Positions 29,883 to 39,533 of a DNA stretch of 64,000 nt are shown in pieces. The stretch is from Candidatus Omnitrophota bacterium (GTDB lineage: Bacteria > Omnitrophota > Gorgyraeia > JAHJTE01): positions 321,332 through 385,331 of the forward strand of contig JAHJTE010000001.1 of NCBI GenBank assembly GCA_018830005.1. The letters are read 5' to 3'. Within the stretch, counting starts at the first letter, position 1. The number at the start of each line of letters is the position of its first letter. A model generated the notes under the pieces. That model was not told the DNA's origin. It saw only the letters and a program-made list of their open reading frames with translations, and searched no databases. The position numbers were made by a program, and so were the translations under genes.

Positions 29883-30665
29883 ATGATAGAAATACACAAT
29901 ATCTACAAATCGTTTAATACTTCCAAGGTATTAGACGGATTAAGCCTGATTATCAAGACAGGAGAAACAAAGGTTATTATTGGCCGCTCTGGATGTGGTA
30001 AAAGTGTTCTTTTGAAACACATTGTGGGTATTTTACGGCCGCAAGAGGGTAGTATTATCATTGATGGCCTAGAGGTTAATAAGTTGAATGATGAACAGAT
30101 GAATCTGTTCAGACTGCGTATGAAGATAGGCATGGTCTTTCAGGGTGGCGCTCTGTTTGACTCGCTTAATGTGGGCGAAAATGTTGGTTTTGTTTTGAGT
30201 GAATATACTGATCTTGATAAATCGACCATTGTTAAAAAAGTAAAAGAGGCCTTAGGCATGGTTGGTTTAAAAGATATTGAGCATCTTCTGCCTTCGGATT
30301 TAAGCGGAGGCATGAAGAAAAGGGTGGCCTTAGCACGTGCCATATGTATGAATCCCAATATAATTCTTTATGATGAGCCTACTACTGGTGTTGATCCAAT
30401 AACAGCCGACGCTATTAATGATTTAATAATAGAATTACATGATAAGTTAGAGGTTACAAGTGTTGTTGTGACTCATGATATGACGAGTGCTTACAAAGTT
30501 GCCGATAGAATTGCAATGCTTTATAGCGGAAAGATTATCCAGATGGGAACGCCAGATGAGATTAAAAATTCAACCAATCCATTTGTAAAGCAGTTTATTA
30601 CTGGCGCTTCTTCTGGCGCGATAACAGATGCGGAAAATCTGGTTTTTGGTCACGTAACAGAGTGA
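29883..30665 (+). CDS. mlaF: phospholipid ABC transporter ATP-binding protein
   Basis: Walker A 'GRSGCGKS' and 'LSGGMKKRVALARA'. Confidence 0.8.
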   Translation: MIEIHNIYKSFNTSKVLDGLSLIIKTGETKVIIGRSGCGKSVLLKHIVGILRPQEGSIIIDGLEVNKLNDEQMNLFRLRMKIGMVFQGGALFDSLNVGENVGFVLSEYTDLDKSTIVKKVKEALGMVGLKDIEHLLPSDLSGGMKKRVALARAICMNPNIILYDEPTTGVDPITADAINDLIIELHDKLEVTSVVVTHDMTSAYKVADRIAMLYSGKIIQMGTPDEIKNSTNPFVKQFITGASSGAITDAENLVFGHVTE

Positions 30666-30692
30666 TTTTAGTGTTTTTGCCAAGGAGGATAA

Positions 30693-31403
30693 ATGGGATT
30701 AAAATTTAAAAATGAAATTAAGGTTGGAATCTTTTCTTTGGTCGGGGTAATTATTTTCGTCGTATTTGTATTCTCTATCGGGGATATAAAACTCTTTACT
30801 AAGTCAAAAGATGTAAAGATAGTTTTTGGATTTGCCAATGGGGTTAAGATAAGTTCTCCCGTAAGGCTGGCAGGTGTTGATGTAGGACAGGTGAGAAAGA
30901 TCTCCGTGAGATTTAATAGGCAGACACAAAAGAACGAAGTAGAGGTCTTAGCACGTGTTACTGACTCAACCATAATTCCGCAGGATTCGAAGGTATGGAT
31001 TAATACCTTAGGTCTTTTGGGCGAAAAATATATAGAGATAATTCCCGGCCTAGATTATGCGCATCTGTTTAAGCCGGGTGAGACGATTATCGGTAAAGAT
31101 CCCATACCAATGCAGGAAATTACCGAGCTAGGAAGAGAGATTGCGCTGAAGTTAAGAGAAAGCATTGATGCAATTAATAATTTTATCTTGAATGAGAAAA
31201 ACAAAGAGGCATATAACCAGGTCTTGGAGAATTTAGAAGAGGCCTCGAAATCGCTTTCTGAGATTATGGAAAAGATAAATAGTGGAGATGGTACTGCTGG
31301 AAAATTTATTTCTGACGAAGCAATCTATACTGATACAAAGGAATTTATTGAAGATATAAAGAAGCATCCCTGGAAGTTGATGCGAAAGCCCCAAGAGGAA
31401 TAA
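30693..31403 (+). CDS. mlaD: MCE-domain protein (outer-membrane lipid asymmetry system)
   Basis: N-terminal TM segment plus MCE domain, 236 aa, terminal gene of the mlaEFD trio. Confidence 0.75.
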   Translation: MGLKFKNEIKVGIFSLVGVIIFVVFVFSIGDIKLFTKSKDVKIVFGFANGVKISSPVRLAGVDVGQVRKISVRFNRQTQKNEVEVLARVTDSTIIPQDSKVWINTLGLLGEKYIEIIPGLDYAHLFKPGETIIGKDPIPMQEITELGREIALKLRESIDAINNFILNEKNKEAYNQVLENLEEASKSLSEIMEKINSGDGTAGKFISDEAIYTDTKEFIEDIKKHPWKLMRKPQEE

Positions 31404-32770
31404 TGAAGACAAAGACGGTATTTAACTGTCAGAAGTGTGGTTATCAATCTCCCAGGTGGCTGGGCCGTTGCCCTGATTGTTCGAGTTGGAATTCTCTTGC
31501 GGAAGAAATGCCTCAACTGCCGCAGGTTGGTCAGGAGCGGATATTTTCAAAAGAGGCCCCAGTCTTGCTTGGCGATATCAGTTTAGAGGATAAACCCAGA
31601 ATATCAACACGATTAGCAGAGCTAGATAGGGTATTGGGCGGAGGGTTAGTCTCTGGTTCTGTAGTTCTCTTAGGTGGCGATCCCGGCATAGGAAAATCCA
31701 CCATTGCCTTGCAGGCAGCAATTAATTTAAGTAAAGAGGGCAGGAAAGTACTTTACATTAGCGCTGAGGAGTCGTTAAAGCAGACGAAACTGCGTGCTGT
31801 TAGGATTGATAAAGATTTTAACGAAAATTTGTTCATTGTGAGCCAGACAAATCTGGAAGAGATAATAAAGTATATAAAGGCGCTTAAGGCCCAGGTTGTA
31901 TTTTTAGACTCAATCCAGGTCGTATATAATCCGGCGATTGCCTCAAGCACTGGCACTATTACCCAGGTACGAGAATGCGCAGGCACTCTTACTCAGCTTG
32001 CGAAATTAGATGGCTTCTCCTTGATTCTTATAGGTCATGTCACCAAAGAAGGGACATTGGCAGGGCCTAAGCTGCTTGAGCATATCGTGGATACGGTTTT
32101 ATATTTTGAGGGCGATAAGCTTTCTCTATATAGGATCTTGCGCACAGCAAAAAATCGTTTTGGCTCAACTAACGAAATTGGTCTTTTTGCTATGACGGAA
32201 AGCGGCCTACAGCAAGTCAGTAATCCTTCCCAGATCTTTTTATCTCAGAGGGCTAGGAAGGTTTCCGGTTCTATTGTAGTTGCTATTATGGAAGGCTCAC
32301 GGCCGTTGTTAATTGAGATTCAGGCCTTAGTCTCTAGAGCAGGATTTAATATAGTGCGGCGTCGTTGTCAGGGCATAGATTATAATAGATTTCTACTTTT
32401 GGTTGCTGTTCTGGAGAAAAGGTTAGGTTTGCCGCTTGGTGATAAGGATATATTTGTTAATGTTGCCGGAGGCATTGTTGTAGATGATCCTGCGGCTGAT
32501 TTAGGCATGATGCTTGCTATAGCCTCAAGCCTGAAGAATAAAGAGATATCATCGGCCTTAATGATAGTAGGCGAGGTAGGGCTTTCAGCTGAGGTGCGCA
32601 GTATATCTAACTGCAGTTTACGAATAAAAGAAGCCTTAAAATTAGGTTTTACTAATATTGTTATTCCTGAATCAAACATAAAAGAGATCAGCAGAAGCGA
32701 TAAGGGGAAAAAAGATATTTCTTTCTCCGGCGTTAAAATAGTTAAAGATGCAATGCAGTTGGTATTTTAA
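31403..32770 (+). CDS. radA: DNA repair protein RadA/Sms
   Basis: N-terminal C4 zinc finger (CQKCG...CPDC), RecA-like P-loop 'GGDPGIGKST' and a Lon-like C-terminal domain. Confidence 0.9.
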   Translation: MKTKTVFNCQKCGYQSPRWLGRCPDCSSWNSLAEEMPQLPQVGQERIFSKEAPVLLGDISLEDKPRISTRLAELDRVLGGGLVSGSVVLLGGDPGIGKSTIALQAAINLSKEGRKVLYISAEESLKQTKLRAVRIDKDFNENLFIVSQTNLEEIIKYIKALKAQVVFLDSIQVVYNPAIASSTGTITQVRECAGTLTQLAKLDGFSLILIGHVTKEGTLAGPKLLEHIVDTVLYFEGDKLSLYRILRTAKNRFGSTNEIGLFAMTESGLQQVSNPSQIFLSQRARKVSGSIVVAIMEGSRPLLIEIQALVSRAGFNIVRRRCQGIDYNRFLLLVAVLEKRLGLPLGDKDIFVNVAGGIVVDDPAADLGMMLAIASSLKNKEISSALMIVGEVGLSAEVRSISNCSLRIKEALKLGFTNIVIPESNIKEISRSDKGKKDISFSGVKIVKDAMQLVF

Positions 32771-32801
32771 AACTTATTATATATTTAAGGAGGTATTTTA
32801 A

Positions 32802-33806
32802 ATGACTTTAATTATTATCCGACTTTTTTTTATTCTTTCAGGAACGACTATTGGTTACATTACAGGCGGTTTTAATGATAATGCCATCTTGGGTGCAGGC
32901 GTTGGTTTCTTCGCAAGTTGGCTGATAATATTCTTAGAGAGAGGAATGCGGCGCGTATCTGTGCGGGGACTTTCCAGTGCTGTATTTGGTCTTATCCTAG
33001 GTTTAATTATGGCAAAATTGCTTACTGATGCTATTAGCCTGATTCCGCTTGATGAAGGCAATATCTCTTCAATTAGAGTTATTCTTACGCTTGTCTTCTG
33101 TTATCTGGGTATGATTATGGCCATGCGCGGCAAGGATGAATTCAACATCATTATTCCTTATGTAAGACTGAGCCGACAGGGGCAGGCTGAAGATGTCATC
33201 CTGCTTGATACCAGCGCAATTATCGACGGTAGAATAGTTGATCTTTGCAAGACAGCTTTTCTTTCAGCTAGATTATTGGTGCCGCGTTTTGTCTTGAAGG
33301 AGTTGCAGCAGATTGCTGATTCTGCCGATACTATTAAGCGCCAGCGGGGCAGGCGTGGTTTAGAGATACTGCATAATATTCAAAAGGATAGCTCACTGGA
33401 GATCATCATCCACGAGGAGGATTTTCCTGACGTTCCAGATGTGGATGCAAAGTTAGTGCGACTGGGTAGATTATTAGAGGCAAAGATTTTTACCCTGGAT
33501 TTCAATTTGAATCGCGTTGCGGAATTACAAGGTGTCAAGGTCTTAAATATTAACGAACTTGCTAATGCACTTAGACCTGTGGTATTTCCGGGAGAGACCC
33601 TAGAGGTAAAATTAATTAAAGAGGGAAGGGAGCATAAACAGGCAATCGCCTATTTGGATGATGGCACAATGATCGTAGTTGAGGAAGCCAGAAGTCAGAT
33701 TAATCATACTATTAAGGTTGTGGTTACTTCAGTCCTGCAGACGCAGGCAGGCCGAATGGTATTTGCCAAACTTCAACCTCATCAAGGAAACCAGAAACAA
33801 AATTAG
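32802..33806 (+). CDS. membrane-anchored PIN + TRAM domain protein (YacL-like)
   Basis: Three N-terminal TM helices, a PIN domain ([13 protein letters not shown]) and a C-terminal TRAM-like beta domain. Occupies the radA-yacL position seen in Firmicutes. Confidence 0.7.
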   Translation: MTLIIIRLFFILSGTTIGYITGGFNDNAILGAGVGFFASWLIIFLERGMRRVSVRGLSSAVFGLILGLIMAKLLTDAISLIPLDEGNISSIRVILTLVFCYLGMIMAMRGKDEFNIIIPYVRLSRQGQAEDVILLDTSAIIDGRIVDLCKTAFLSARLLVPRFVLKELQQIADSADTIKRQRGRRGLEILHNIQKDSSLEIIIHEEDFPDVPDVDAKLVRLGRLLEAKIFTLDFNLNRVAELQGVKVLNINELANALRPVVFPGETLEVKLIKEGREHKQAIAYLDDGTMIVVEEARSQINHTIKVVVTSVLQTQAGRMVFAKLQPHQGNQKQN

Positions 33807-33817
33807 TTTTTTTCGTT

Positions 33818-34549
33818 TTGGTTAAGGTGGCAGATATAAAACGAAAAGCGAAAGTCATCGCCATAGTTGCCGCAGGAGGCAAGGGACAGCGTCTAGGAAG
33901 CAGATTAGCCAAGACGTTTGTCTTGATTAATAAGCGGCCAATCCTTTTCTTCGCCCTTAGTTCGCTTACCCAGCATCCCCTGATAAATGAGATCATACTT
34001 GTCACTAGTAGAAAGACATTATTTGCTGCCAAGAGACTGGTAGAAAAGTATAGGTTCAAAAAAGTAAAACATATTGTAGTTGGCGGGCGAACGCGCAAGG
34101 CCTCTGTGAGTAATGGCTTAAAGAAGATAAGAGGCGACAAACACACATTTGTTTTGATCCATGATGCCGCAAGGCCGTTCCTTAATAGATCACTCATCAA
34201 TCGAGTTGTTAATGAGGCGTTCAGGTACAATGCGAGCATTTGTGCTGTTCCAGCGAAATGCACGATTAAAAGCCTAAAAAGAAGCAATAAGCATTTATTT
34301 ATCAAAAATACGCTTGATAGAAGTTTGCTTTGTGAGGTTCAGACGCCGCAGGTCTTTCGGCTAGATTTATTAAAAAGGGCTTTTTCTAAAGGTGCTCATC
34401 AAGATGCAACTGATGATGCGGCCCTCGTTGAGAGACTAAAAGTCAAGGTAGGAGTAGTTAACGGTTCTTACTCTAATATTAAAATCACAACGTGCGATGA
34501 TTTGCTTTTTGCTAGGGCTATTGCCAAACAGTTCAAATACTCAACCTAA
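33818..34549 (+). CDS. ispD: 2-C-methyl-D-erythritol 4-phosphate cytidylyltransferase
   Basis: 'AIVAAGGKGQRLG' N-terminal motif, 243 aa, followed by ispF. Confidence 0.85.
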   Translation: MVKVADIKRKAKVIAIVAAGGKGQRLGSRLAKTFVLINKRPILFFALSSLTQHPLINEIILVTSRKTLFAAKRLVEKYRFKKVKHIVVGGRTRKASVSNGLKKIRGDKHTFVLIHDAARPFLNRSLINRVVNEAFRYNASICAVPAKCTIKSLKRSNKHLFIKNTLDRSLLCEVQTPQVFRLDLLKRAFSKGAHQDATDDAALVERLKVKVGVVNGSYSNIKITTCDDLLFARAIAKQFKYST

Positions 34550-34562
34550 TAATAAGTAAGAT

Positions 34563-35054
34563 ATGGGAATGAGTAAAGTTAAAATCGGCTTTGGTTATGA
34601 TATCCATCCTTTAAGAGAGGGACGTAGTCTCATATTGGGTGGTATCCAGATACCTTTTTCTAAGGGTCTCCTGGGTCATTCTGATGCTGATGTCTTAATC
34701 CATGCTGTTTGCGACGCTATTCTTGGCGCCTTAGGTAAAGGCGATATCGGAGAGATATTTCCGGATACAGATCCAGCTTATAAGGATATGGCAAGTAGCA
34801 AATTACTGGATGTAGTATTTAAATTAATGACTGATGCAGGTTTTAAAATTGGAAATATCGATACTGTGATAGTCGCTGAACAGCCTAAGATTTCCCAAGT
34901 AAAAGAGAGGATGAAGGAAAAGCTTGCTGCTATTTTGCATAGCAGGAAAGATGATATCAATATAAAGGCCACCACGGCTGAGGGGCTAGGTCCCATAGGA
35001 AATAATGAGGCTATCGCTTGCTTTGCGACAGCGATAATAATTGAGGGGGCGTAG
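34563..35054 (+). CDS. ispF: 2-C-methyl-D-erythritol 2,4-cyclodiphosphate synthase
   Basis: '[10 protein letters not shown]...[11 protein letters not shown]' motif, 163 aa. Confidence 0.9.
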   Translation: MGMSKVKIGFGYDIHPLREGRSLILGGIQIPFSKGLLGHSDADVLIHAVCDAILGALGKGDIGEIFPDTDPAYKDMASSKLLDVVFKLMTDAGFKIGNIDTVIVAEQPKISQVKERMKEKLAAILHSRKDDINIKATTAEGLGPIGNNEAIACFATAIIIEGA

Positions 35055-35056
35055 AT

Positions 35057-35737
35057 ATGAACTGCATTTTAAATATATTAATTATACTTATAGGGCTATT
35101 CTTTTTAAAATTGATTCTGATTTCGATCTTTTTTTACAAAGAGATCAAGGCGGCTCAAAAGAAAGATCCGGCAGCGAAGAGTTTTCTTGAGATCCTCTTG
35201 CTTTATCAGGGCCTACACGCTTTAGTTTCTTACCGCATTGCCCATTTCTTTTATAGAATACATCTTTTCTTTTTAGCGCGTTTGATGAGTCAGATTTCGC
35301 GCTTTGCTACTGGTATTGAAATACATCCAGGGGCACAGATTGGCAGGGGATTCTTCATTGATCATGGCATGGGTGTGGTTATCGGTGAGACTTCTATTAT
35401 TGGCGATAATGTGCTTTTATATCAAGGCGTTACCTTGGGCGGGACAGGTCTTAAAAAAGGCAAACGCCATCCTACAATCGGCAATAATGTTGTCGTAGGC
35501 ACAGGAGCAAAGATATTAGGGAATATAACAGTGGGTGATAACTCTTATATCGGAGCAAATGCGGTTGTGATTAAGGATGTGCCGGTGAACTCGACTATAG
35601 TTGGTGTGCCTGGCAGGATTACTAAGCAGGACGGGAAAAAGATTGATATCAGCCTAGATCACATACATATCCTAGATCCTCTCAAGCAGGCCCTGGATGA
35701 GATACGTCAGAGGATTGATAAGCTAGAAAATAAATGA
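35057..35737 (+). CDS. cysE: serine O-acetyltransferase (hexapeptide repeat)
   Basis: '[20 protein letters not shown]' SAT N-terminal helix region and a left-handed beta-helix hexapeptide C-terminus. The annotated N-terminus carries an extra ~25-aa hydrophobic stretch, so the start may be mis-called. Confidence 0.8.
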   Translation: MNCILNILIILIGLFFLKLILISIFFYKEIKAAQKKDPAAKSFLEILLLYQGLHALVSYRIAHFFYRIHLFFLARLMSQISRFATGIEIHPGAQIGRGFFIDHGMGVVIGETSIIGDNVLLYQGVTLGGTGLKKGKRHPTIGNNVVVGTGAKILGNITVGDNSYIGANAVVIKDVPVNSTIVGVPGRITKQDGKKIDISLDHIHILDPLKQALDEIRQRIDKLENK

Positions 35738-37155
35738 AAGAACTCCCCAAGATTCATATTTATAATACATTAACTAAGAAGAAAGAAGAATTCAAACCCT
35801 TAAAAGCAAAAAGAATAGGGATTTATTCTTGCGGCGTAACTGTCTATGATGACTGCCACATAGGTCATGCCAGGAGTCTCTATACCTTTGAGGTCATCAG
35901 AAATTTTTTAAAATATCGCGGATATGATGTCAAGTTTATTCGCAATATAACAGATATTGACGATAAGATTATCAACAAGGCCAAGGAATTGGGTGAAGAT
36001 TGGAATGCTGTTGCCTCTCGCTACATAGCTTGCTATGAGCATGATTTAAAACTCCTTAATTTATCTAAGGCAGATATTGAGCCAAGAGCAACTGAACACA
36101 TCAGCGGAATGAAGAAATTTATATCTCTATTGATTAAAAAGGGTTATGCATATGAGGCAGGCGGCGATGTTTATTTTAGCGTAAGAAAATTTAAAGATTA
36201 CGGTAAATTATCTGGTCAATCTATAGATCAGATGAAAACAGGAGCGCGTATTGAGCCGGGTGAACATAAACAAGACCCATTGGATTTTGCGCTCTGGAAG
36301 AAATCTAGGAAAGATGAGCCTTCCTGGCCTAGCCCTTGGGGTGAGGGTAGGCCTGGCTGGCATATAGAATGCTCCTTGATGAGCTCAAAATACCTCGGGC
36401 AGCCATTTGATATTCATGCCGGAGGCAGAGACTTAATTTTTCCCCACCATGAAAACGAGATTGCTCAAAGTGAGAGTTTTGCTGGTAAGCCCTTTGCCCG
36501 TTATTGGATGCATCATGGCCTATTAACTATAAATGGCCAAAAGATGTCCAAGTCATTAGGCAATTATGTGACTGTAAAAGATTTTATGGGCAAATATGGC
36601 AATGCCAACCTTTTAAAATTATTATTTTTAAATGCGCATTATTCGCAGCCTATAGATTATAACGAAGAGAAGATGCAAGAGGTAAGGAGATCATACGAGC
36701 GTATAAATATCTTAAAAGATAAATTAGAGAAGGATTATGGTACCGTAAATATAAACAAAAGCATTAAATCAGGAACCGGTTTTATAAAACCCTTCAAGGA
36801 CAAATTTATAGAATATATGGACGACGATTTTAACACCCCTAGGGCATTGTCAGTTTTATTTGAATTGGTCAATAATTGCAATAAGTTATTAGATAGCAAT
36901 GACGAGTTTAAGCAATTTAAGCTGCGTTATGCTATGGATGTTATAAAAGAGCTAGCTGGTATTTTTGGACTTTCTCCTGATGTGGAAAAAACAAGTAAAT
37001 TAGAAGTAGAGTTGACAGAAAAGATTAAGCTCAGAGACAAATTAAAAAAAGAGAAGAAATATTTAGAGGCAGATAAAATAAGAAAGGAATTAAAAGAGCA
37101 AGGTATTATTTTAGAAGATTCAAAGGAAGGTACACAATGGCGAAGAAAAATTTAA
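35734..37155 (+). CDS. cysS: cysteinyl-tRNA synthetase
   Basis: Class I 'HIGHARS' and 'KMSKS' motifs, 473 aa. Confidence 0.9.
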   Translation: MKELPKIHIYNTLTKKKEEFKPLKAKRIGIYSCGVTVYDDCHIGHARSLYTFEVIRNFLKYRGYDVKFIRNITDIDDKIINKAKELGEDWNAVASRYIACYEHDLKLLNLSKADIEPRATEHISGMKKFISLLIKKGYAYEAGGDVYFSVRKFKDYGKLSGQSIDQMKTGARIEPGEHKQDPLDFALWKKSRKDEPSWPSPWGEGRPGWHIECSLMSSKYLGQPFDIHAGGRDLIFPHHENEIAQSESFAGKPFARYWMHHGLLTINGQKMSKSLGNYVTVKDFMGKYGNANLLKLLFLNAHYSQPIDYNEEKMQEVRRSYERINILKDKLEKDYGTVNINKSIKSGTGFIKPFKDKFIEYMDDDFNTPRALSVLFELVNNCNKLLDSNDEFKQFKLRYAMDVIKELAGIFGLSPDVEKTSKLEVELTEKIKLRDKLKKEKKYLEADKIRKELKEQGIILEDSKEGTQWRRKI

Positions 37156-37772
37156 GAGGCGTATTTATTACCTTCGAAGGCCCTGAAGGCTGCGGAAAGA
37201 GCACCCACTCTGAGCTTCTCTACCAACATTTAAAGAGGTTGAAACTGCCGGTAATCTATATACGTGAGCCAGGGACAACAAAGACAGGCGAGAAGATCCG
37301 TTCAATACTTCTAGACAGAAAGAATCGTATTGCAGATAGCTCGGAGATGTTATTGTATATGGCTGCGCGTAGTCAGATTGTTGCTGAGATAATTGATCCG
37401 GCATTACGGGATGGAAAGATCATAATTTCCGACAGATTTTTGGATGCAACTATCTGCTATCAGGGCTATGGAGGCAAGGTAGATATTGATATGATAAAAA
37501 AGGTGGGGGATTTTGCAACGCGTTCAATTACACCTGATCTTACTATCTTACTTGATATACCTGTTGAGGAAGGCCTGAAGAAACGCGCTGTCAGAATCTT
37601 TGACCGTATGGAGGCCAAGCCGCTTTCATATCACAAGAGGGTGAGAGAGGGCTATCTTACATTGGCGCGTCAGGAAAGCAACAGAATCAAGGTCGTGAAG
37701 GTTGAAAAAAGAATTAAGGATACAAAAGCAAAGATATTAAAGATCGTAAAAGAAAAGCTATGGCTTGGTTAG
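37137..37772 (+). CDS. tmk: thymidylate kinase
   Basis: 'FITFEGPEGCGKST' P-loop, 211 aa. Confidence 0.85.
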   Translation: MAKKNLRGVFITFEGPEGCGKSTHSELLYQHLKRLKLPVIYIREPGTTKTGEKIRSILLDRKNRIADSSEMLLYMAARSQIVAEIIDPALRDGKIIISDRFLDATICYQGYGGKVDIDMIKKVGDFATRSITPDLTILLDIPVEEGLKKRAVRIFDRMEAKPLSYHKRVREGYLTLARQESNRIKVVKVEKRIKDTKAKILKIVKEKLWLG

Positions 37773-38746
37773 ATGTTAAAGGGCACAAGGATGTTGTAGG
37801 TTTTCTTGTTAATGCGCACAAGAATCATAGGTTAGGGCATTGTTTTCTTTTTCTGGGACCAGAAGGCATTGGCAAGAGACGCCTAGCAGGAGAATTTGCC
37901 AAATTCCTACTTTGTGAAGCGCCTACTGAATTCGGTGCTTGTGGTAAATGCAGAAGTTGTCTACAGGTTACCTCGGACAATCATCCTGATCTGCACATAA
38001 TTTCAAGAGGGGAATTGGGTTGGATAAAGATAGGAGATATCCGTGCATTACAGAGTCAAATTCACCTATCGCCGTTTAGCGGTAAACATAAAATTTTTAT
38101 CATTGATAATGCACATATGTTAACACAGGATGCGGCAAATTCGTTGCTTAAATTTATGGAAGAACCTCCTCCGGGCGCAATATCTGTCCTGATAACCAGT
38201 CAAATAGATTCTATCCCGGAGACGCTGGTTTCGCGTTGTCAGCGATTGTATTTTTCATCTCTTTCATCCCAGGAGATCGAAGAGACATTGTCTGAAACCT
38301 TACCTCATGATAGAGGACTCATAAATTTCATAGCGCGTTTTTCAGAGGGCAGATTAGGTCGTGCTATATCGCTTATCAAGCGCAAAGACATCCAGTCAGC
38401 AAAAAATAGATTGTTGAGAAATATAATAGATAATAATTTAGCCTTAGATGATTTCGCAGTTAATCTAAATAGAGAAAATCTGAATATGCTAATAGAATTC
38501 ACGCTGCTTTTCTTCAGAGATATATTGTTGCTTAAGGCGGGATTAGGAAAAGAATTTTTAGTTAATTTTGATGAGGTCGACACATTGACGTCACTTGCTT
38601 CTAAAATGGAAATGCCTGAAATTAAAGACGCCCTAGAGGACATCTTGAAGGCACAGGCCTTAAGTAGAACTAATGTAAATTGCAAAATATTGCTGAGATG
38701 GCTAGAGGTTCAGCTTCAGAAAAAATTGAGGTTTAATTATGCCTGA
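37760..38746 (+). CDS. holB: DNA polymerase III delta' subunit
   Basis: AAA+ clamp-loader fold with 'FLGPEGIGKRRLA' and a zinc module (CGKCRSC), 328 aa. Sits between tmk and the PSP1 gene, as in Bacillus. Confidence 0.75.
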   Translation: MAWLDVKGHKDVVGFLVNAHKNHRLGHCFLFLGPEGIGKRRLAGEFAKFLLCEAPTEFGACGKCRSCLQVTSDNHPDLHIISRGELGWIKIGDIRALQSQIHLSPFSGKHKIFIIDNAHMLTQDAANSLLKFMEEPPPGAISVLITSQIDSIPETLVSRCQRLYFSSLSSQEIEETLSETLPHDRGLINFIARFSEGRLGRAISLIKRKDIQSAKNRLLRNIIDNNLALDDFAVNLNRENLNMLIEFTLLFFRDILLLKAGLGKEFLVNFDEVDTLTSLASKMEMPEIKDALEDILKAQALSRTNVNCKILLRWLEVQLQKKLRFNYA

Positions 38747-39533
38747 TAAAGTGCATGTAAGAATACGTGAGTTCGGACCGATTAATTGCTTTAAATGTAG
38801 CAACCTGCGATTAAATGGTAACGAGGTAGTGATTCTTGAGGCAGAGCGAGGCGTAGACTATGGCCGCGTGATTATAGATAGCAGCAAACATCTGGGCGGA
38901 AAGCTAGAAGTTCCTTTGCGTAAGATTATAAGGATAGCCACAAAGTCTGATTTAGAGCATATAAAGAAAAATAATGCCGCAATAAAAGGTGTTATTGATA
39001 CTTGTCTAAAGAAGATTGAAGAGCATAAGCTGGCAATGAAATTAATTGAAGCGGAGCATTCTTTTGATAAAGGCAAATTAATATTTTATTTTACTTCAGA
39101 GGGCAGGGTAGACTTCAGGGAGTTGGTAAAGGATTTAGCCAAGCTGTTTAAGACGAGAATCGAACTTAGGCAGATTGGCGTGCGCGACGAGGCGAAAATG
39201 TTTGGTGGTTATGGTTGTTGCGGCAGGGAATTGTGCTGTGTTAGATTCTTGAGAGAATTTGAGCCGGTAAGCATTAAAATGGCCAAGGAGCAGCACCTAC
39301 CTCTTAATCCACCTAAGATTTCCGGGCTTTGCGGAAGGTTGATGTGCTGTCTTTCTTATGAGCATCATACATATAGAGAGATAACTAAGGATTTACCTCG
39401 CGAGGGTGAACGCCTAAATACGCCTGAAGGCAGAGGCAAGGTTATTAGTGTCAATCCGCTAACTAGAAAGGTTATCGTCGAAGTTGAAAAGGGAAGATGC
39501 GTTGAATTAAAGTATGGATGCCGACATGGCTAA
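38739..39533 (+). CDS. ricT: PSP1 C-terminal domain protein (RicT/YaaT-like)
   Basis: PSP1 domain with a Cys-rich cluster (CCGRELCC...CGRLMCC), 264 aa. Confidence 0.75.
   Translation: MPDKVHVRIREFGPINCFKCSNLRLNGNEVVILEAERGVDYGRVIIDSSKHLGGKLEVPLRKIIRIATKSDLEHIKKNNAAIKGVIDTCLKKIEEHKLAMKLIEAEHSFDKGKLIFYFTSEGRVDFRELVKDLAKLFKTRIELRQIGVRDEAKMFGGYGCCGRELCCVRFLREFEPVSIKMAKEQHLPLNPPKISGLCGRLMCCLSYEHHTYREITKDLPREGERLNTPEGRGKVISVNPLTRKVIVEVEKGRCVELKYGCRHG

Noticed and set aside
33724-34305. 193-aa ORF on the minus strand, antisense to ispD
   Set aside because: It is entirely embedded in a well-supported + strand gene, has low-complexity Leu/Ala-rich translation typical of the antisense frame of AT-rich coding DNA, and shows no motifs or RBS.
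35304-35498. 64-aa alternate-frame ORF inside cysE
   Set aside because: It overlaps a conserved hexapeptide-repeat coding region in another frame and is spurious.
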